A DNA stretch of 56,429 bases from a virus (lineage: Duplodnaviria > Caudoviricetes): the IMG/VR virus record IMGVR_UViG_3300020438_003800, positions 1 through 56,429 of that record; one strand, given 5' to 3'. Below the pieces are notes generated by a model. It saw only the letters and a program-made list of their open reading frames with translations. It had not been told where the DNA came from and made no database searches. Below are positions 26,500 to 35,611 of the stretch, piece after piece. The position numbers and the translations under genes are program-made. Each line of letters starts with the position of its first letter. The stretch's first letter is position 1.

Positions 26500-27362
26500 A
26501 CAGCCATGGGCGCCTTAATCGAATCCATTGGAGTATAACCAATAAGTTTATAGTCCTCGGGTTTTGTTTTTACAAGTTGATCTAAGTCTGTGAACTCAGG
26601 CATTTTTAGTATAGGACCTTGTAATGGAGTTCTAATAATTTGCTGTTGTACTTGTTCGAAGTGATTTTTATAGATATGGCAATCCCCACCAGTCCATATA
26701 AAGTCACCTACCTTTAATTCTAGTAATTGTGCAAACATATGTGTCAACAAACTATAACTAGCAATGTTAAAAGGCACCCCTAAAAACATATCAGCACTAC
26801 GTTGGTACAATTGGCAACTTAGTTCGCCGTCTTGTATGTGAAACTGGAACATAGTATGACACGGCGGCAATGCCATTACATTTACTCTGTCAGCATTCCA
26901 TGCACTAACAATGTGTCTACGACTATCTGGATTGTAGTACATATTTTCAAGTACTTCGGCAATTTGATCTACAAATCCAAGTTGTGCGTCCCAACTGCGC
27001 CATTGATGTCCATATACAGGACCTAAATCTTTTGTTGTATCGTTGTTTACATACCCTAGTTGCTTGCCTTGATTGTCAGCATTAGCAGTCCAAATAGTTG
27101 TTTTGCCTACTAGTTCTTCTCTAGGTTTACCGTAGTGTATTTCAGCAAGTCTACGTTCGTCACTAGATCCTTCTAGCATCCATAGCAGTTCACTTACAAC
27201 ACTTTTCCATGCAAGTTTCTTTGTAGTTACAGCAGGAAATTCATTACGTAAATCAAAACGCATTTGATGTCCAAATACACTACGTGTGCCTACGCCTGTT
27301 CTGTCATCGCGGTCTTTGCCGTGTAATAAAATGTGATGTAATGCGTCTAAATATTGCTTCAC
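26496..27362 (-). CDS. thyA: Thymidylate synthase
   Basis: DRTGVGT, ELLW, LGPVYG, DSRRHIVSAWN, MALPPCH, YQRSADMFLGVPFN, HIYKNH. Confidence 0.97.
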   Translation of the reverse strand: MKQYLDALHHILLHGKDRDDRTGVGTRSVFGHQMRFDLRNEFPAVTTKKLAWKSVVSELLWMLEGSSDERRLAEIHYGKPREELVGKTTIWTANADNQGKQLGYVNNDTTKDLGPVYGHQWRSWDAQLGFVDQIAEVLENMYYNPDSRRHIVSAWNADRVNVMALPPCHTMFQFHIQDGELSCQLYQRSADMFLGVPFNIASYSLLTHMFAQLLELKVGDFIWTGGDCHIYKNHFEQVQQQIIRTPLQGPILKMPEFTDLDQLVKTKPEDYKLIGYTPMDSIKAPMAV

Positions 27363-27952
27363 GAGTCTACTCCGTATCGAATTTCGTCTTCACCGTAGCG
27401 TCCTCTGTCACGATTACCGTCACCATTAAGTTGTGTTAAATCTTGTTGTACATGTTTATAATTTGTAGATCGCTTCTTCCAAATTTCAAATGTAACTGCT
27501 TCGTGTTCGTCTGACCACGTGCGTTCAAATAAACTTTCAATCTTACGTAACGGTAAGAATGTATCACAAGCATATGCACCTGGAATACGACTAATATAAA
27601 ACTCGTCAATAATACCTAGTGTTTGTTCAATAATGTTAGGTCCACCAATCACCCAAGTTATAATACCAGGGTTATCTTCTGAAATAGCTATAATAGCACT
27701 GTTAATATCGCCTTTAATATATCCGTCTGCACCAGGATAGTCTTCTTGACGACTTGTTGCTAAATAATTTCGACGTTTTGGTAACGGTCGAGGCATACCA
27801 GGATCTTCCCAAGTAGTAGATCCCATTATAACAATATGTCCTGCTGTGTTCTCTTTGAACCATTGTAGGTCTGTTGAATTATTTGGCCACGGTAGTGTAC
27901 CGTTTTTGCTTACGCCTCCGTAATCGTCACATGCTAGTATTGCTTTAATCAT
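27359..27952 (-). CDS. folA: Dihydrofolate reductase with C-terminal extension
   Basis: LPWP...DLQWFKENT, IVIMGSTTW, PLPKRRN, WVIGG, CDTFLP. Confidence 0.9.
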   Translation of the reverse strand: MIKAILACDDYGGVSKNGTLPWPNNSTDLQWFKENTAGHIVIMGSTTWEDPGMPRPLPKRRNYLATSRQEDYPGADGYIKGDINSAIIAISEDNPGIITWVIGGPNIIEQTLGIIDEFYISRIPGAYACDTFLPLRKIESLFERTWSDEHEAVTFEIWKKRSTNYKHVQQDLTQLNGDGNRDRGRYGEDEIRYGVDS

Positions 27953-28299
27953 TAACTTCCATCTCCTGGTACTTCGCTAAAGTGTGTCTCAAATTTATTT
28001 GGCACATCTTCCCATTCCTTTGCATCTGCTGGCGGTATACCCTTCTCAGTAATCACTGGCCAAATCAAACTATATTTTAGATTGATGTCGTGCCATTTTT
28101 GTTTTTCCTGATCGTTCATTACAGAATCAGAAAGAATAGCACCAGGACCGCATTCAGGCTCACATACTCCACAATCAATACATTCATCTGGATTGATTAC
28201 AAGAAAATTTTCTCCTTCATAAAAACAGTCTACTGGGCATACTTCTACACAGTCCATATTTTTACATTTTACACAATTATCTGTTACTAAGTAAGTCAT
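27952..28299 (-). CDS. fdxA: 7Fe-type ferredoxin (FdxA family)
   Basis: [21 protein letters not shown]...[16 protein letters not shown]; FSEVPGDGS tail. Confidence 0.92.
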   Translation of the reverse strand: MTYLVTDNCVKCKNMDCVEVCPVDCFYEGENFLVINPDECIDCGVCEPECGPGAILSDSVMNDQEKQKWHDINLKYSLIWPVITEKGIPPADAKEWEDVPNKFETHFSEVPGDGS

Positions 28300-28304
28300 A
28301 TTTT

Positions 28305-28958
28305 TTACCTATAATAAAAGTTAACATTAGCACTTACAACAATTCTGTCTTCTGTGCCCATGTATGGTACAGCATCATGCGGCAACCATGCAGGAAAGAC
28401 TATTAAGTGCCCGTCTCTTGGTGGAATAACATAACTACTATTCATATAATTCCACTCGCCTCCGTCATCTTTAGCATTCTGATGCATGTTATGATTATAC
28501 CAAGTGTTACTTCCGTTATGCTGTTCACATTCATTAGTTTGGACATAGAATATAGATGCCCAACTACTACCCGGGTGCGTATGTAGTTTATGGTAGCCAT
28601 TCTGTTTTGTAATATGATACCAACTTTCACCTATAACGCATTCCATATCTCTATGTGGCTTCCAGTAACCTGTACTAGGAAGACCTTCGTGCATCACATG
28701 TAATAATGATTCATTAAAGAATTGATTTAAATTTTGTACAGACGATGTATCAGTTTGTAAAAAATTAAACTTGCTCTCTAATAAATTATGTTTGGCTTGT
28801 ATTGCAACTTGGCTATCTATATCTGTCTCTTGTTTTTCTGCTTGTTTGTATATATCTTCTACTAAATCAGCCTGTATTTTTTCAAAGTCTTTGTACTTGT
28901 AATGAAAGGTAAAAGTTGGCCAAAGAGTATGTGCTGTTTCGTATTCACTAAATTCCAT
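28305..28958 (-). CDS. Putative 2OG-Fe(II) oxygenase (TIGR02466-like)
   Basis: Start probably MEFSEY (28958); [28 protein letters not shown]. Confidence 0.8.
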   Translation of the reverse strand: MEFSEYETAHTLWPTFTFHYKYKDFEKIQADLVEDIYKQAEKQETDIDSQVAIQAKHNLLESKFNFLQTDTSSVQNLNQFFNESLLHVMHEGLPSTGYWKPHRDMECVIGESWYHITKQNGYHKLHTHPGSSWASIFYVQTNECEQHNGSNTWYNHNMHQNAKDDGGEWNYMNSSYVIPPRDGHLIVFPAWLPHDAVPYMGTEDRIVVSANVNFYYR

Positions 28959-28959
28959 T

Positions 28960-29874
28960 TTATAACCTTGCAAGTTTAATAAGCGTTGCTGCCAAATTAA
29001 TCTCCGGATCAACAACAAGTGTATGATCAACCATGCCTTGTTTAATTATAATCACAGCACTGTCTTGTGTTTCGTCATCACCAAATAGTTCTATGTTGTC
29101 ATAAAGCCAACGATACACCTCTTCCATCTCTTCTGGGCGTACTGCGCCACATAATAATTTACGTGCTTCTTGTATTTTACCTGCCTTAAACAGTTCAACC
29201 ATTTCTAGTTTCCAATCAGCGGCACCACTATCGCCTTCGTTAGGTTTTACTAGTACCCCATCTGTTGAATTCATTTGTACTGTGTTGATACACTTACGCA
29301 AGTCTGGATATGTTGCTTTTACGTAGGTATCCAACGTATCCAAATCAGGAGTAATACCTTCAGTGATAAGGATTTCAGCAACTCTAGCTGTAAACTCAGT
29401 TTGGTCAATTTTAGCAATGTGGAAACCTTGACACCTACTGTGCAAAGCGGGTATAATACGATTTGGATAGTTACAAGTGAGAATGAAACGAGCAGTAGTA
29501 TGATACTCCTCCATAACCCCACGAAGAGCTGCTTGAGCGTTTGGCGATAAGTAATCTGCTTCATCTAATAATACAACCTTAAAGTCCCCAAATGGGATCA
29601 TCTGTACAAAGTTAACAATTTTATCTCTTACATCATCAACTGAGTTTGTGCGACTTGCGTTAATTTCTAGTATGTCTAGATCATTAACCTCAAGTTCATT
29701 AAACAAAAGTTTAGCAAGTGTTGTTTTACCAATGCCTGCGTTTCCGCTAAACAATAAATGCGGGATAGTTTTGTCCTTTATCCAAGTATTTACTTGATTG
29801 CGCTGAGAGTCATCTCTAAACACATATCCGTTTACTGTTTTAGGACGATACTTTTCTACCCATAAGTCTTTCAT
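28960..29874 (-). CDS. Clamp loader AAA+ subunit (gp44/RFC small subunit-like)
   Basis: LWVEKYRP, GNAGIGKTT, LEINAS, LLDEAD, FILTCNY, SRC motif. Confidence 0.93.
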   Translation of the reverse strand: MKDLWVEKYRPKTVNGYVFRDDSQRNQVNTWIKDKTIPHLLFSGNAGIGKTTLAKLLFNELEVNDLDILEINASRTNSVDDVRDKIVNFVQMIPFGDFKVVLLDEADYLSPNAQAALRGVMEEYHTTARFILTCNYPNRIIPALHSRCQGFHIAKIDQTEFTARVAEILITEGITPDLDTLDTYVKATYPDLRKCINTVQMNSTDGVLVKPNEGDSGAADWKLEMVELFKAGKIQEARKLLCGAVRPEEMEEVYRWLYDNIELFGDDETQDSAVIIIKQGMVDHTLVVDPEINLAATLIKLARL

Positions 29875-30677
29875 GTACTAGCCTCTGTGATCATTTTTAT
29901 ATTATTGTTTATTGTAGCATCAAATGCTTCGTTTGTCAAGCCAAATTTTAGTCCTTCACTTAATGCTCTACTAAAACTAGCTGTCATTTGTTTGTTCTTT
30001 GAAAGTCTTTTACACGCTTCATCTGTAGAGTATCCACCGCTAAGTCCTACAACTTTGTGGACTTTAGGATGATTTACAAGATCTTGATACATGTTTTGTT
30101 GTTCAGGAAGTGTTAATTTTAGTATACATTGCCCTTCATACAGATCTAATCTTTTCTTAAGTCCGTTTAGTAATGCAATTTCTAAGCCTTGCTTGTGTTC
30201 ATGTTCAATTGGAATCTCTGGCTCCACAATTGGCATTAATTCCCAAGCATAAATTTGACCAGCTAGTTCCATCTGCTGATCAAGGACCTCATCTAATATA
30301 TCTTGGGACTTTACAATACTTCTCATTTTAGTTCCAAAGCACTTGTGCTTCACAGCAAAATTTAGCATATAATTTAAATCAAACTTTTTAAGTGTTCCTG
30401 CTTCAGTACAGCCACTGTCAACTTTTAAAATAGCATGAATATTTTTGCCGTGTAGTAACGGAACCATTCCGCGTTCTATTGTGTCTTTGTATAGTATTGC
30501 GGCCCAAATATTTTCATCGTTAAATTCAGGAGAGTTAATCATTCTAAGACGCATAGCATGAACTTTCTCCATCTTGTCTGCTTCTGTGTATTCTTGTCCG
30601 TAGCGTTCTAGTACGCCTCCTGTTGAACCGCCACTGTGGTCCATTGCTGCAATAAATCTACGATTCATTATTGTCAT
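29871..30677 (-). CDS. fda: Class I fructose-bisphosphate aldolase (bacterial Fda type)
   Basis: AAMDHSGGST, LKVDSG, GTKMRS, PIVEPEI, ILKLTLP (Schiff-base Lys), LSGGYS, ASFSRAL. Confidence 0.9.
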   Translation of the reverse strand: MTIMNRRFIAAMDHSGGSTGGVLERYGQEYTEADKMEKVHAMRLRMINSPEFNDENIWAAILYKDTIERGMVPLLHGKNIHAILKVDSGCTEAGTLKKFDLNYMLNFAVKHKCFGTKMRSIVKSQDILDEVLDQQMELAGQIYAWELMPIVEPEIPIEHEHKQGLEIALLNGLKKRLDLYEGQCILKLTLPEQQNMYQDLVNHPKVHKVVGLSGGYSTDEACKRLSKNKQMTASFSRALSEGLKFGLTNEAFDATINNNIKMITEAST

Positions 30678-30870
30678 TCCTTTTCTTCCATTCTATTTCA
30701 AACTGTTCATCATACAAGTATAATGGAGCACCGTTTCCGCCAGCAATCCAGAGACGTCTAAAATATCCTGGCGCACTTGCTAATGCCATTTCTTGCGTTA
30801 TATCCATATGCCCTTTGACTAAAAAAAATAATCTATAAGCTTCTTTTATCTCTTCTGGTGTTGGATCCAT
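30658..30870 (-). CDS. Hypothetical protein
   Basis: 70 aa; SD GGAGA. Confidence 0.65.
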   Translation of the reverse strand: MDPTPEEIKEAYRLFFLVKGHMDITQEMALASAPGYFRRLWIAGGNGAPLYLYDEQFEIEWKKRNDNNES

Positions 30871-30890
30871 TTATTTTCTCCCGACAAGAA

Positions 30891-31229
30891 TCATTCATAT
30901 GATTCCCCAGTTTCACGGAAGAAGTTTTCACTCCAAAATGCTTTGTCATCAATCCAAATATCGTAGTTTTCTTTTTCACCTACACTTAGTTCGTGAAACT
31001 TAGCGCCCCATTTGATTAATTGATTGTTAGTTAAATTAAAATAGTCAACACCACTTACACAACCACGTGCTGTCATATATTTAATTGTGTGTCCTGCATC
31101 GTACAATGCGTTTACTTTTGCAATACGCTCTGGCATTGGAATGTGATTAGCGTAGTCTTTCTTTCCACCACTGTCGGGTATAATTACTTCCTTACAGATA
31201 GTGCCGTCAATATCAATAACATACTTCAA
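30891..31229 (-). CDS. Minimal HAD phosphatase (capsule-biosynthesis-phosphatase-like)
   Basis: DIDGTIC, MTARG, WIDDKA; TTG start. Confidence 0.8.
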   Translation of the reverse strand: MKYVIDIDGTICKEVIIPDSGGKKDYANHIPMPERIAKVNALYDAGHTIKYMTARGCVSGVDYFNLTNNQLIKWGAKFHELSVGEKENYDIWIDDKAFWSENFFRETGESYE

Positions 31230-31244
31230 GGTAACTCACTTTCT

Positions 31245-32120
31245 CTATTTTGATTCTAGGTTTTCTACTGTGTTTAAAAATCCTTTAATGCCAAAGGTAT
31301 GATTCTGGTATGCCATATTTATATCATATCCGTCGCCTAAAAGATATCTACTCATTGGACTTTCAACTGCTTTCCGCACCTGTTTCCATAACTGTGTTTT
31401 TACTTGTTTAAGTTCTTCAAGAACTACTTTTTTATCTTTTACTGCCTTTAAAAAATCAATTTCTTCTTGATCTATAAGGTGCTGTTGCATAAGCACTGCC
31501 TTAATACAATACCAATCAGTAAGAACCCATGCAGCAAATTTATAATCATACCCAACTGTTTTGTCAACAGTTGGATAATAATCTACAATATTTTGCCATG
31601 TATTTTTATTATCTATATGTGTTTGATTATTACTGTCAAAATGTTGACTCCAGTTATTTTCACTTGTAGGCATAGCATTCCAGCTATTTGCTGTCTGTTG
31701 TGCAGCATGTTTCCAAAATGCTTGCCCTAAACCGGGGGAACATAGATAATCAAGATACACTGAATAATATTCTTGATCATGTATTTGTATTCTATCAAAT
31801 TTTATTGCCGCTAGATGATGTATTAACCATCCAGTTGTACTTGCAGAAATATCATTAGGTCTAATTAGCTGTGCAATATTATTAATTGCTAATACAGCAC
31901 AGTCTTCATACATAAGATTATCAGTATAAGAGATGTTTACAATCTCTTCACTACTCGGAAAATCAAAAAAAGGATTTAGTATTGTCTTATGTGCATATGT
32001 AGTTACAGTATCAATATCACTCTTTACATTATCACAGCCAACTAATTTACTGCCAATAATATTTGTAAAAATAGGTTTAGCATGTTCTACCTGGAAGTTA
32101 TATTGATGTTCTTTTTTCAT
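31245..32120 (-). CDS. Hypothetical protein (AT-rich accessory gene)
   Basis: 291 aa, coupled to the exonuclease gene; no motif recognised. Confidence 0.65.
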   Translation of the reverse strand: MKKEHQYNFQVEHAKPIFTNIIGSKLVGCDNVKSDIDTVTTYAHKTILNPFFDFPSSEEIVNISYTDNLMYEDCAVLAINNIAQLIRPNDISASTTGWLIHHLAAIKFDRIQIHDQEYYSVYLDYLCSPGLGQAFWKHAAQQTANSWNAMPTSENNWSQHFDSNNQTHIDNKNTWQNIVDYYPTVDKTVGYDYKFAAWVLTDWYCIKAVLMQQHLIDQEEIDFLKAVKDKKVVLEELKQVKTQLWKQVRKAVESPMSRYLLGDGYDINMAYQNHTFGIKGFLNTVENLESK

Positions 32121-32644
32121 CTCAAATTCATTTCCGCGTATGCTAATTGGACACCTTTTGCTTGGAAGTAAGCGTCAGCAAGAGCATTATGCAAATCTAC
32201 CTGCTTTAAAGTTTTTCTAGGATCTTCTTGCATACAAGCAAATAATGTACGGGAGTCACGAACTTGCCAAAACTGCCAAGGAATACTTTTTCCAACTTGG
32301 CGTAGCATGTCTTCTAAAATAGTTATATCAAAGCCATAACCGTGGCCCCATAATACGTCTACACCACGCATCCACTTAGGAAGTGTATTAAGAAACATTT
32401 CCATTTGTACACGATTATTTTCTCCAAATGCTTCTTCTTGTGCCTTTGGATCTTGTTTGCTCCACCACGCAAGCGTATCTTCACTAATTGCTCGATCCTG
32501 TCCTTCAGTATCTAATTTATAATAAAATTCATCATAAGGATCTTTTTTTGAATGCGGATTAAATTTTACGCCTCCAACTGTTAGTACAGTTGCTTGTGGG
32601 TTTGTATGCAAAGTTTCTAAGTCGATCATTGCGTGTACGGTCAT
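32117..32644 (-). CDS. DEDDh 3'-5' exonuclease (T4 DexA-like)
   Basis: MIDLETL, WGHGYGFD, RDSRTL, HNALADA. Confidence 0.85.
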   Translation of the reverse strand: MTVHAMIDLETLHTNPQATVLTVGGVKFNPHSKKDPYDEFYYKLDTEGQDRAISEDTLAWWSKQDPKAQEEAFGENNRVQMEMFLNTLPKWMRGVDVLWGHGYGFDITILEDMLRQVGKSIPWQFWQVRDSRTLFACMQEDPRKTLKQVDLHNALADAYFQAKGVQLAYAEMNLR

Positions 32645-32814
32645 TATTTTTTGCCTCTTCTATTTTCTTGTCCAATGCCTGTGATAATAAGGAATACATA
32701 CAGTAAAGGCCAAGCCCAACCTGTTAAATATCCAGTTGTGTGTAAGATTAATAAAGCAATGCCTGTAGCACCTGTTGTGCCTAGTCCACTACTCTGTGGT
32801 GTTGGTAGTAACAT
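32644..32814 (-). CDS. Small membrane protein (56 aa)
   Basis: Not in ORF track; SD AAGGAG; MLLPTPQSSGLGTTGATGIALLILHTTGYLTGWAWPLLYVFLIITGIGQENRRGKK. Confidence 0.65.
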   Translation of the reverse strand: MLLPTPQSSGLGTTGATGIALLILHTTGYLTGWAWPLLYVFLIITGIGQENRRGKK

Positions 32815-32836
32815 GTAAACTCCTTATAATATATTA

Positions 32837-32865
32837 ATTATAACATCAGAGTTTGTATTAGTCAA
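32837..32865 (-). promoter_or_regulatory. sigma70 promoter heading the nucleotide-metabolism/clamp-loader operon
   Basis: TTGACT-17 nt-TATAAT with TGn extension. Confidence 0.8.
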
Positions 32866-33044
32866 GTATTTCCTGATCGAAATCTTTCGTAAAATAACCA
32901 AAGTTGCCAAACTAGTGCTAGTATTGTCGCTGATACTAGGCCGCCGCCCATTAGGGTAACGATAATTAAAACTTGAAATACTTTAGCGAATATTGCTATT
33001 GCTAAGAAATCATACCATTCAAAATTTTCAAATAAATTGTCCAA
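32862..33044 (-). CDS. Small two-TM membrane protein
   Basis: 60 aa, hydrophobic. Confidence 0.55.
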   Translation of the reverse strand: MDNLFENFEWYDFLAIAIFAKVFQVLIIVTLMGGGLVSATILALVWQLWLFYERFRSGNT

Positions 33045-33381
33045 GTTCAGGTGCTTTCCAGCCTTCGGGCTTTAATACTTTACCATCTTCGCGTTTGATT
33101 ACTTTGCCCGTGGCTGGGTCAATTTTAGCAAAGTTTGTATTCATTACTTCGCGCCACGCTGCTTCGCCATCCCAACCTGCGGCACGTATTGCACCCATAG
33201 TAACAACAAGGATATCCACTAGTGCGTCTAGTTGTTCTACTTTATCGTTGTCTTGGATAGCTTCTTCTAGTTCGTCTGTTTCTTCTCGAATTAAATCGAG
33301 ATACATTTTATAGTTTGCTTCACTTGGTGGTTGGTCGCATGCTTCGGCAAATTTGTTAATGTCTTCAAATACGTTTGTCAT
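33028..33381 (-). CDS. MazG-like / PRA-PH family NTP pyrophosphohydrolase
   Basis: LIREETDELEEA, DALVDILVV, EVMNTNFAK, REDGKVLKP. Confidence 0.85.
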   Translation of the reverse strand: MTNVFEDINKFAEACDQPPSEANYKMYLDLIREETDELEEAIQDNDKVEQLDALVDILVVTMGAIRAAGWDGEAAWREVMNTNFAKIDPATGKVIKREDGKVLKPEGWKAPELGQFI

Positions 33382-33390
33382 TGTTACCTC

Positions 33391-33798
33391 TTATGCGTTT
33401 ACAAAACTAGACGGATCTATAGTAGCATGTTCACCATCTGCATATTCTGCCCCAATTTGAAGGCCTTCTGGTTTTTCTTCACTGTATGCTAATACACTTT
33501 CAAGTTCTACTTTTCGCATTTCGATTTCGCCATCAGCTTCAGTTTCAAGTTTTATTCCCCGAGTCCAACGTCCGTGGGATACTAAGATCCAATCACCTAC
33601 ATTATATGGATCTTTGTTTCTCGGACCTTTTGAATATACTTTAGCCCAGCGAGGATATATTCCTCGTGTTTGCCCGTCATCATTACTAATAATAATTCCA
33701 GATGCTGTTACTTGTTCGCCAAAATGCATTTCAGTTACTAGAACATCTTCGCCTTTTGCTCTCGGTGTACCTTTAATTGCATTAATATTTTGCGCCAT
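33391..33798 (-). CDS. groES: GroES-like co-chaperonin (gp31-like)
   Basis: DVLV...TASGIII...AKVYSKGP...VGDWILV...ESVLA pattern. Confidence 0.8.
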   Translation of the reverse strand: MAQNINAIKGTPRAKGEDVLVTEMHFGEQVTASGIIISNDDGQTRGIYPRWAKVYSKGPRNKDPYNVGDWILVSHGRWTRGIKLETEADGEIEMRKVELESVLAYSEEKPEGLQIGAEYADGEHATIDPSSFVNA

Positions 33799-33800
33799 TA

Positions 33801-34196
33801 TTAGCTGTCCTTCTTTACAAAATTTCCGTCTGAATCTTCAATCCATTCATCATCACTAGCTGCTTCTTCCATCATTTCTTGTTCTTCTACAGTAAGTTCT
33901 GGTTCTGGTTGTTTAGTTGCAGCTTTTTTCGTTGACTTTTTTGCTTCTGGTGCGTCTACAATTTCTTCAACTACTGCCGCGCCACCGTCTTTACCAACAA
34001 CGCCTGCAACATTGTAATATTCACTTACAAGATCTTCTCTCTTTTTTAAGATCTGTCCGCCGGCTCCTAATTGATCGCCACGAGCATTTACTTTTGCGTT
34101 ACCTACAGCTGGTGTAAGCTCATTCTTTTTCATTAATAGATCCATGTCGACAGGCTTTCCTCGCATGCTTCTATAAGTTTTTCTAGTCTTAGCCAT
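33801..34196 (-). CDS. Hypothetical late protein
   Basis: SD AGGAGA; GATAAGTA upstream; basic N-terminus, acidic C-terminus. Confidence 0.7.
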   Translation of the reverse strand: MAKTRKTYRSMRGKPVDMDLLMKKNELTPAVGNAKVNARGDQLGAGGQILKKREDLVSEYYNVAGVVGKDGGAAVVEEIVDAPEAKKSTKKAATKQPEPELTVEEQEMMEEAASDDEWIEDSDGNFVKKDS

Positions 34197-34222
34197 TTTT
34201 ATCTCCTAAAAGGTTATGTATG

Positions 34223-34230
34223 TACTTATC
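34223..34230 (-). promoter_or_regulatory. Late-type promoter variant GATAAGTA
   Basis: Overlaps stop of the DnaE fragment; heads the unit containing groES. Confidence 0.55.
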
Positions 34231-34747
34231 TCAGGAAGTCCCGCCAGTCCAGCTCATATTGGATTGAATTTATACGATGTACTCCAATCAAATATAGTAT
34301 ATAACTTGCTACACTTGAGCCTCTTCCAACTCCCCAAACAATATTATTTTCACGCATAAAATCTACTAGATATACCATATACCGTAGTAAGTCTAGCATA
34401 CCTCTTTTTGTAAATTCTTCAAACTCTTCGTCAACTCTTGCAAGAGTGTCATAGTTTTCGCATTTTTCTTCTAACACTCTATAAATATCCATGTTTTTAT
34501 ATTCGTCAGGCATAAACCATTCACTCTGACATACACCGTCAAAAGTTTTTTGGTCTACATCTAGTGGAATATATGTTTTTAACTCTGGTAATCCCTGATC
34601 CTTCATACGATCATTAAACTTATTAATATCATCTGATTCTTCGCAAAGGACGACATGACACTTATCAATATGTCCAGAATAGATCATATTAATTAAATCT
34701 TTGTTAGAAAAACGTGGAATACCGAGAGAGTCTGTTTTCATAATCAT
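34226..34747 (-). CDS. Stand-alone fragment of DNA polymerase III alpha (DnaE-like), ending before the catalytic PDxDxD
   Basis: RVDEE...YLVDFMRENNIVWGVGRGSSVASYILYLIGVHRINSIQYELDWRDFLR matches the DnaE GRGS...LLFERFL segment. Confidence 0.8.
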   Translation of the reverse strand: MIMKTDSLGIPRFSNKDLINMIYSGHIDKCHVVLCEESDDINKFNDRMKDQGLPELKTYIPLDVDQKTFDGVCQSEWFMPDEYKNMDIYRVLEEKCENYDTLARVDEEFEEFTKRGMLDLLRYMVYLVDFMRENNIVWGVGRGSSVASYILYLIGVHRINSIQYELDWRDFLR

Positions 34748-34753
34748 AAAACT

Positions 34754-34782
34754 ATTTTACGATACTTTTATAAGATTGTCAA
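34754..34782 (-). promoter_or_regulatory. sigma70 promoter, likely leaderless, for the DnaE fragment
   Basis: TTGACA-17 nt-TAAAAT, then 6 nt and ATG; no SD. Confidence 0.7.
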
Positions 34783-34993
34783 GTCCATTTTCGCCATTTT
34801 CGCGATTTTCTTGAATTTTTTTAGCTTCTATGCGCTTTTCTTCTAAAGCAACCTTATAAGTATCTAGTGCAAGCACTATTTGGTTTTGGACATCTTGATT
34901 AGAAGTTTGATAGTATATTCTATTTAATTTAAATATTTTTTCTTCTATTTGATCTTCCGTGAGAGTATCTGCGTCTTTGACATAAGGATGCAT
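34757..34993 (-). CDS. Hypothetical helical protein
   Basis: 78 aa, TAATG-coupled. Confidence 0.65.
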   Translation of the reverse strand: MHPYVKDADTLTEDQIEEKIFKLNRIYYQTSNQDVQNQIVLALDTYKVALEEKRIEAKKIQENRENGENGLDNLIKVS

Positions 34994-35580
34994 TATGGTT
35001 CAAACCTACCTATGTATTCTGCAAATACGTATGAATTGCCTCCATCATATGACCAAAAGTCTACGATGATAGGATCTGTTGCCGAGTCTACTAAAAATGT
35101 TGTAGGCCAATTAGGTGATTTGTATATAGTCGCGCCGCCTAGTGCAGAAAATACAACTGTCACTGGTTCAGTTCCGCCTGGTCCAAAAAATTGACATCTA
35201 AACTTAGCAACTCTATCTCCTGAACTTGGAAAACCTGATAATGTTAGATTTAATGTTGCCGCTTCAGCAGCTGAGCCAAATCTAATACTTTGATACATGC
35301 CATTTGTAAAGCTAACTTCTGTTGACGCTATGACGCCACCTGATGACAGGAAAGATTCGGTATTTGCATCTAGTGTAGCGTCAGTAATTAATGTACCATT
35401 AAAATCGTTTGGAGCATCTAGTTTTGCAGTACTAGCTTGTAATGTACTGATTTCTGATGCAGCTCTAGATAATCCTGTTTTAATTATATTAAAATTATCC
35501 CTAAAACCTTGTGTATCATTATCTACACCTGCTATAGGATAATTTTCATCTACTGTTGAACTAATAATTTCACTTGCCAT
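34993..35580 (-). CDS. Putative baseplate/tail protein
   Basis: YPIAGVDNDTQGFRDNF N-terminus then beta-rich domain; late motif upstream. Confidence 0.65.
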   Translation of the reverse strand: MASEIISSTVDENYPIAGVDNDTQGFRDNFNIIKTGLSRAASEISTLQASTAKLDAPNDFNGTLITDATLDANTESFLSSGGVIASTEVSFTNGMYQSIRFGSAAEAATLNLTLSGFPSSGDRVAKFRCQFFGPGGTEPVTVVFSALGGATIYKSPNWPTTFLVDSATDPIIVDFWSYDGGNSYVFAEYIGRFEP

Positions 35581-35599
35581 GTTTTCTTTCCTCTAATAT

Positions 35600-35607
35600 T
35601 ATTTATC
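35600..35607 (-). promoter_or_regulatory. Late-type promoter GATAAATA
   Basis: Intergenic; SD AGAGGA downstream. Confidence 0.65.
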
Positions 35608-35611
35608 GTTA

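Noticed and set aside
18989-29030. ORF-track N-terminal extensions of dnaJ (19012), phoH (24912) and the 2OG oxygenase (29030)
   Set aside because: Downstream ATGs fit domain starts, SD or promoter geometry better; the extensions overlap regulatory elements or neighbouring genes.
2543-29874. Eukaryotic, archaeal or giant-virus origin suggested by RFC-like loader, PCNA-like clamp and PMM
   Set aside because: SD sites, sigma70 and T4-late-like promoters, endolysin/spanins, GroES and baseplate genes indicate a bacteriophage.
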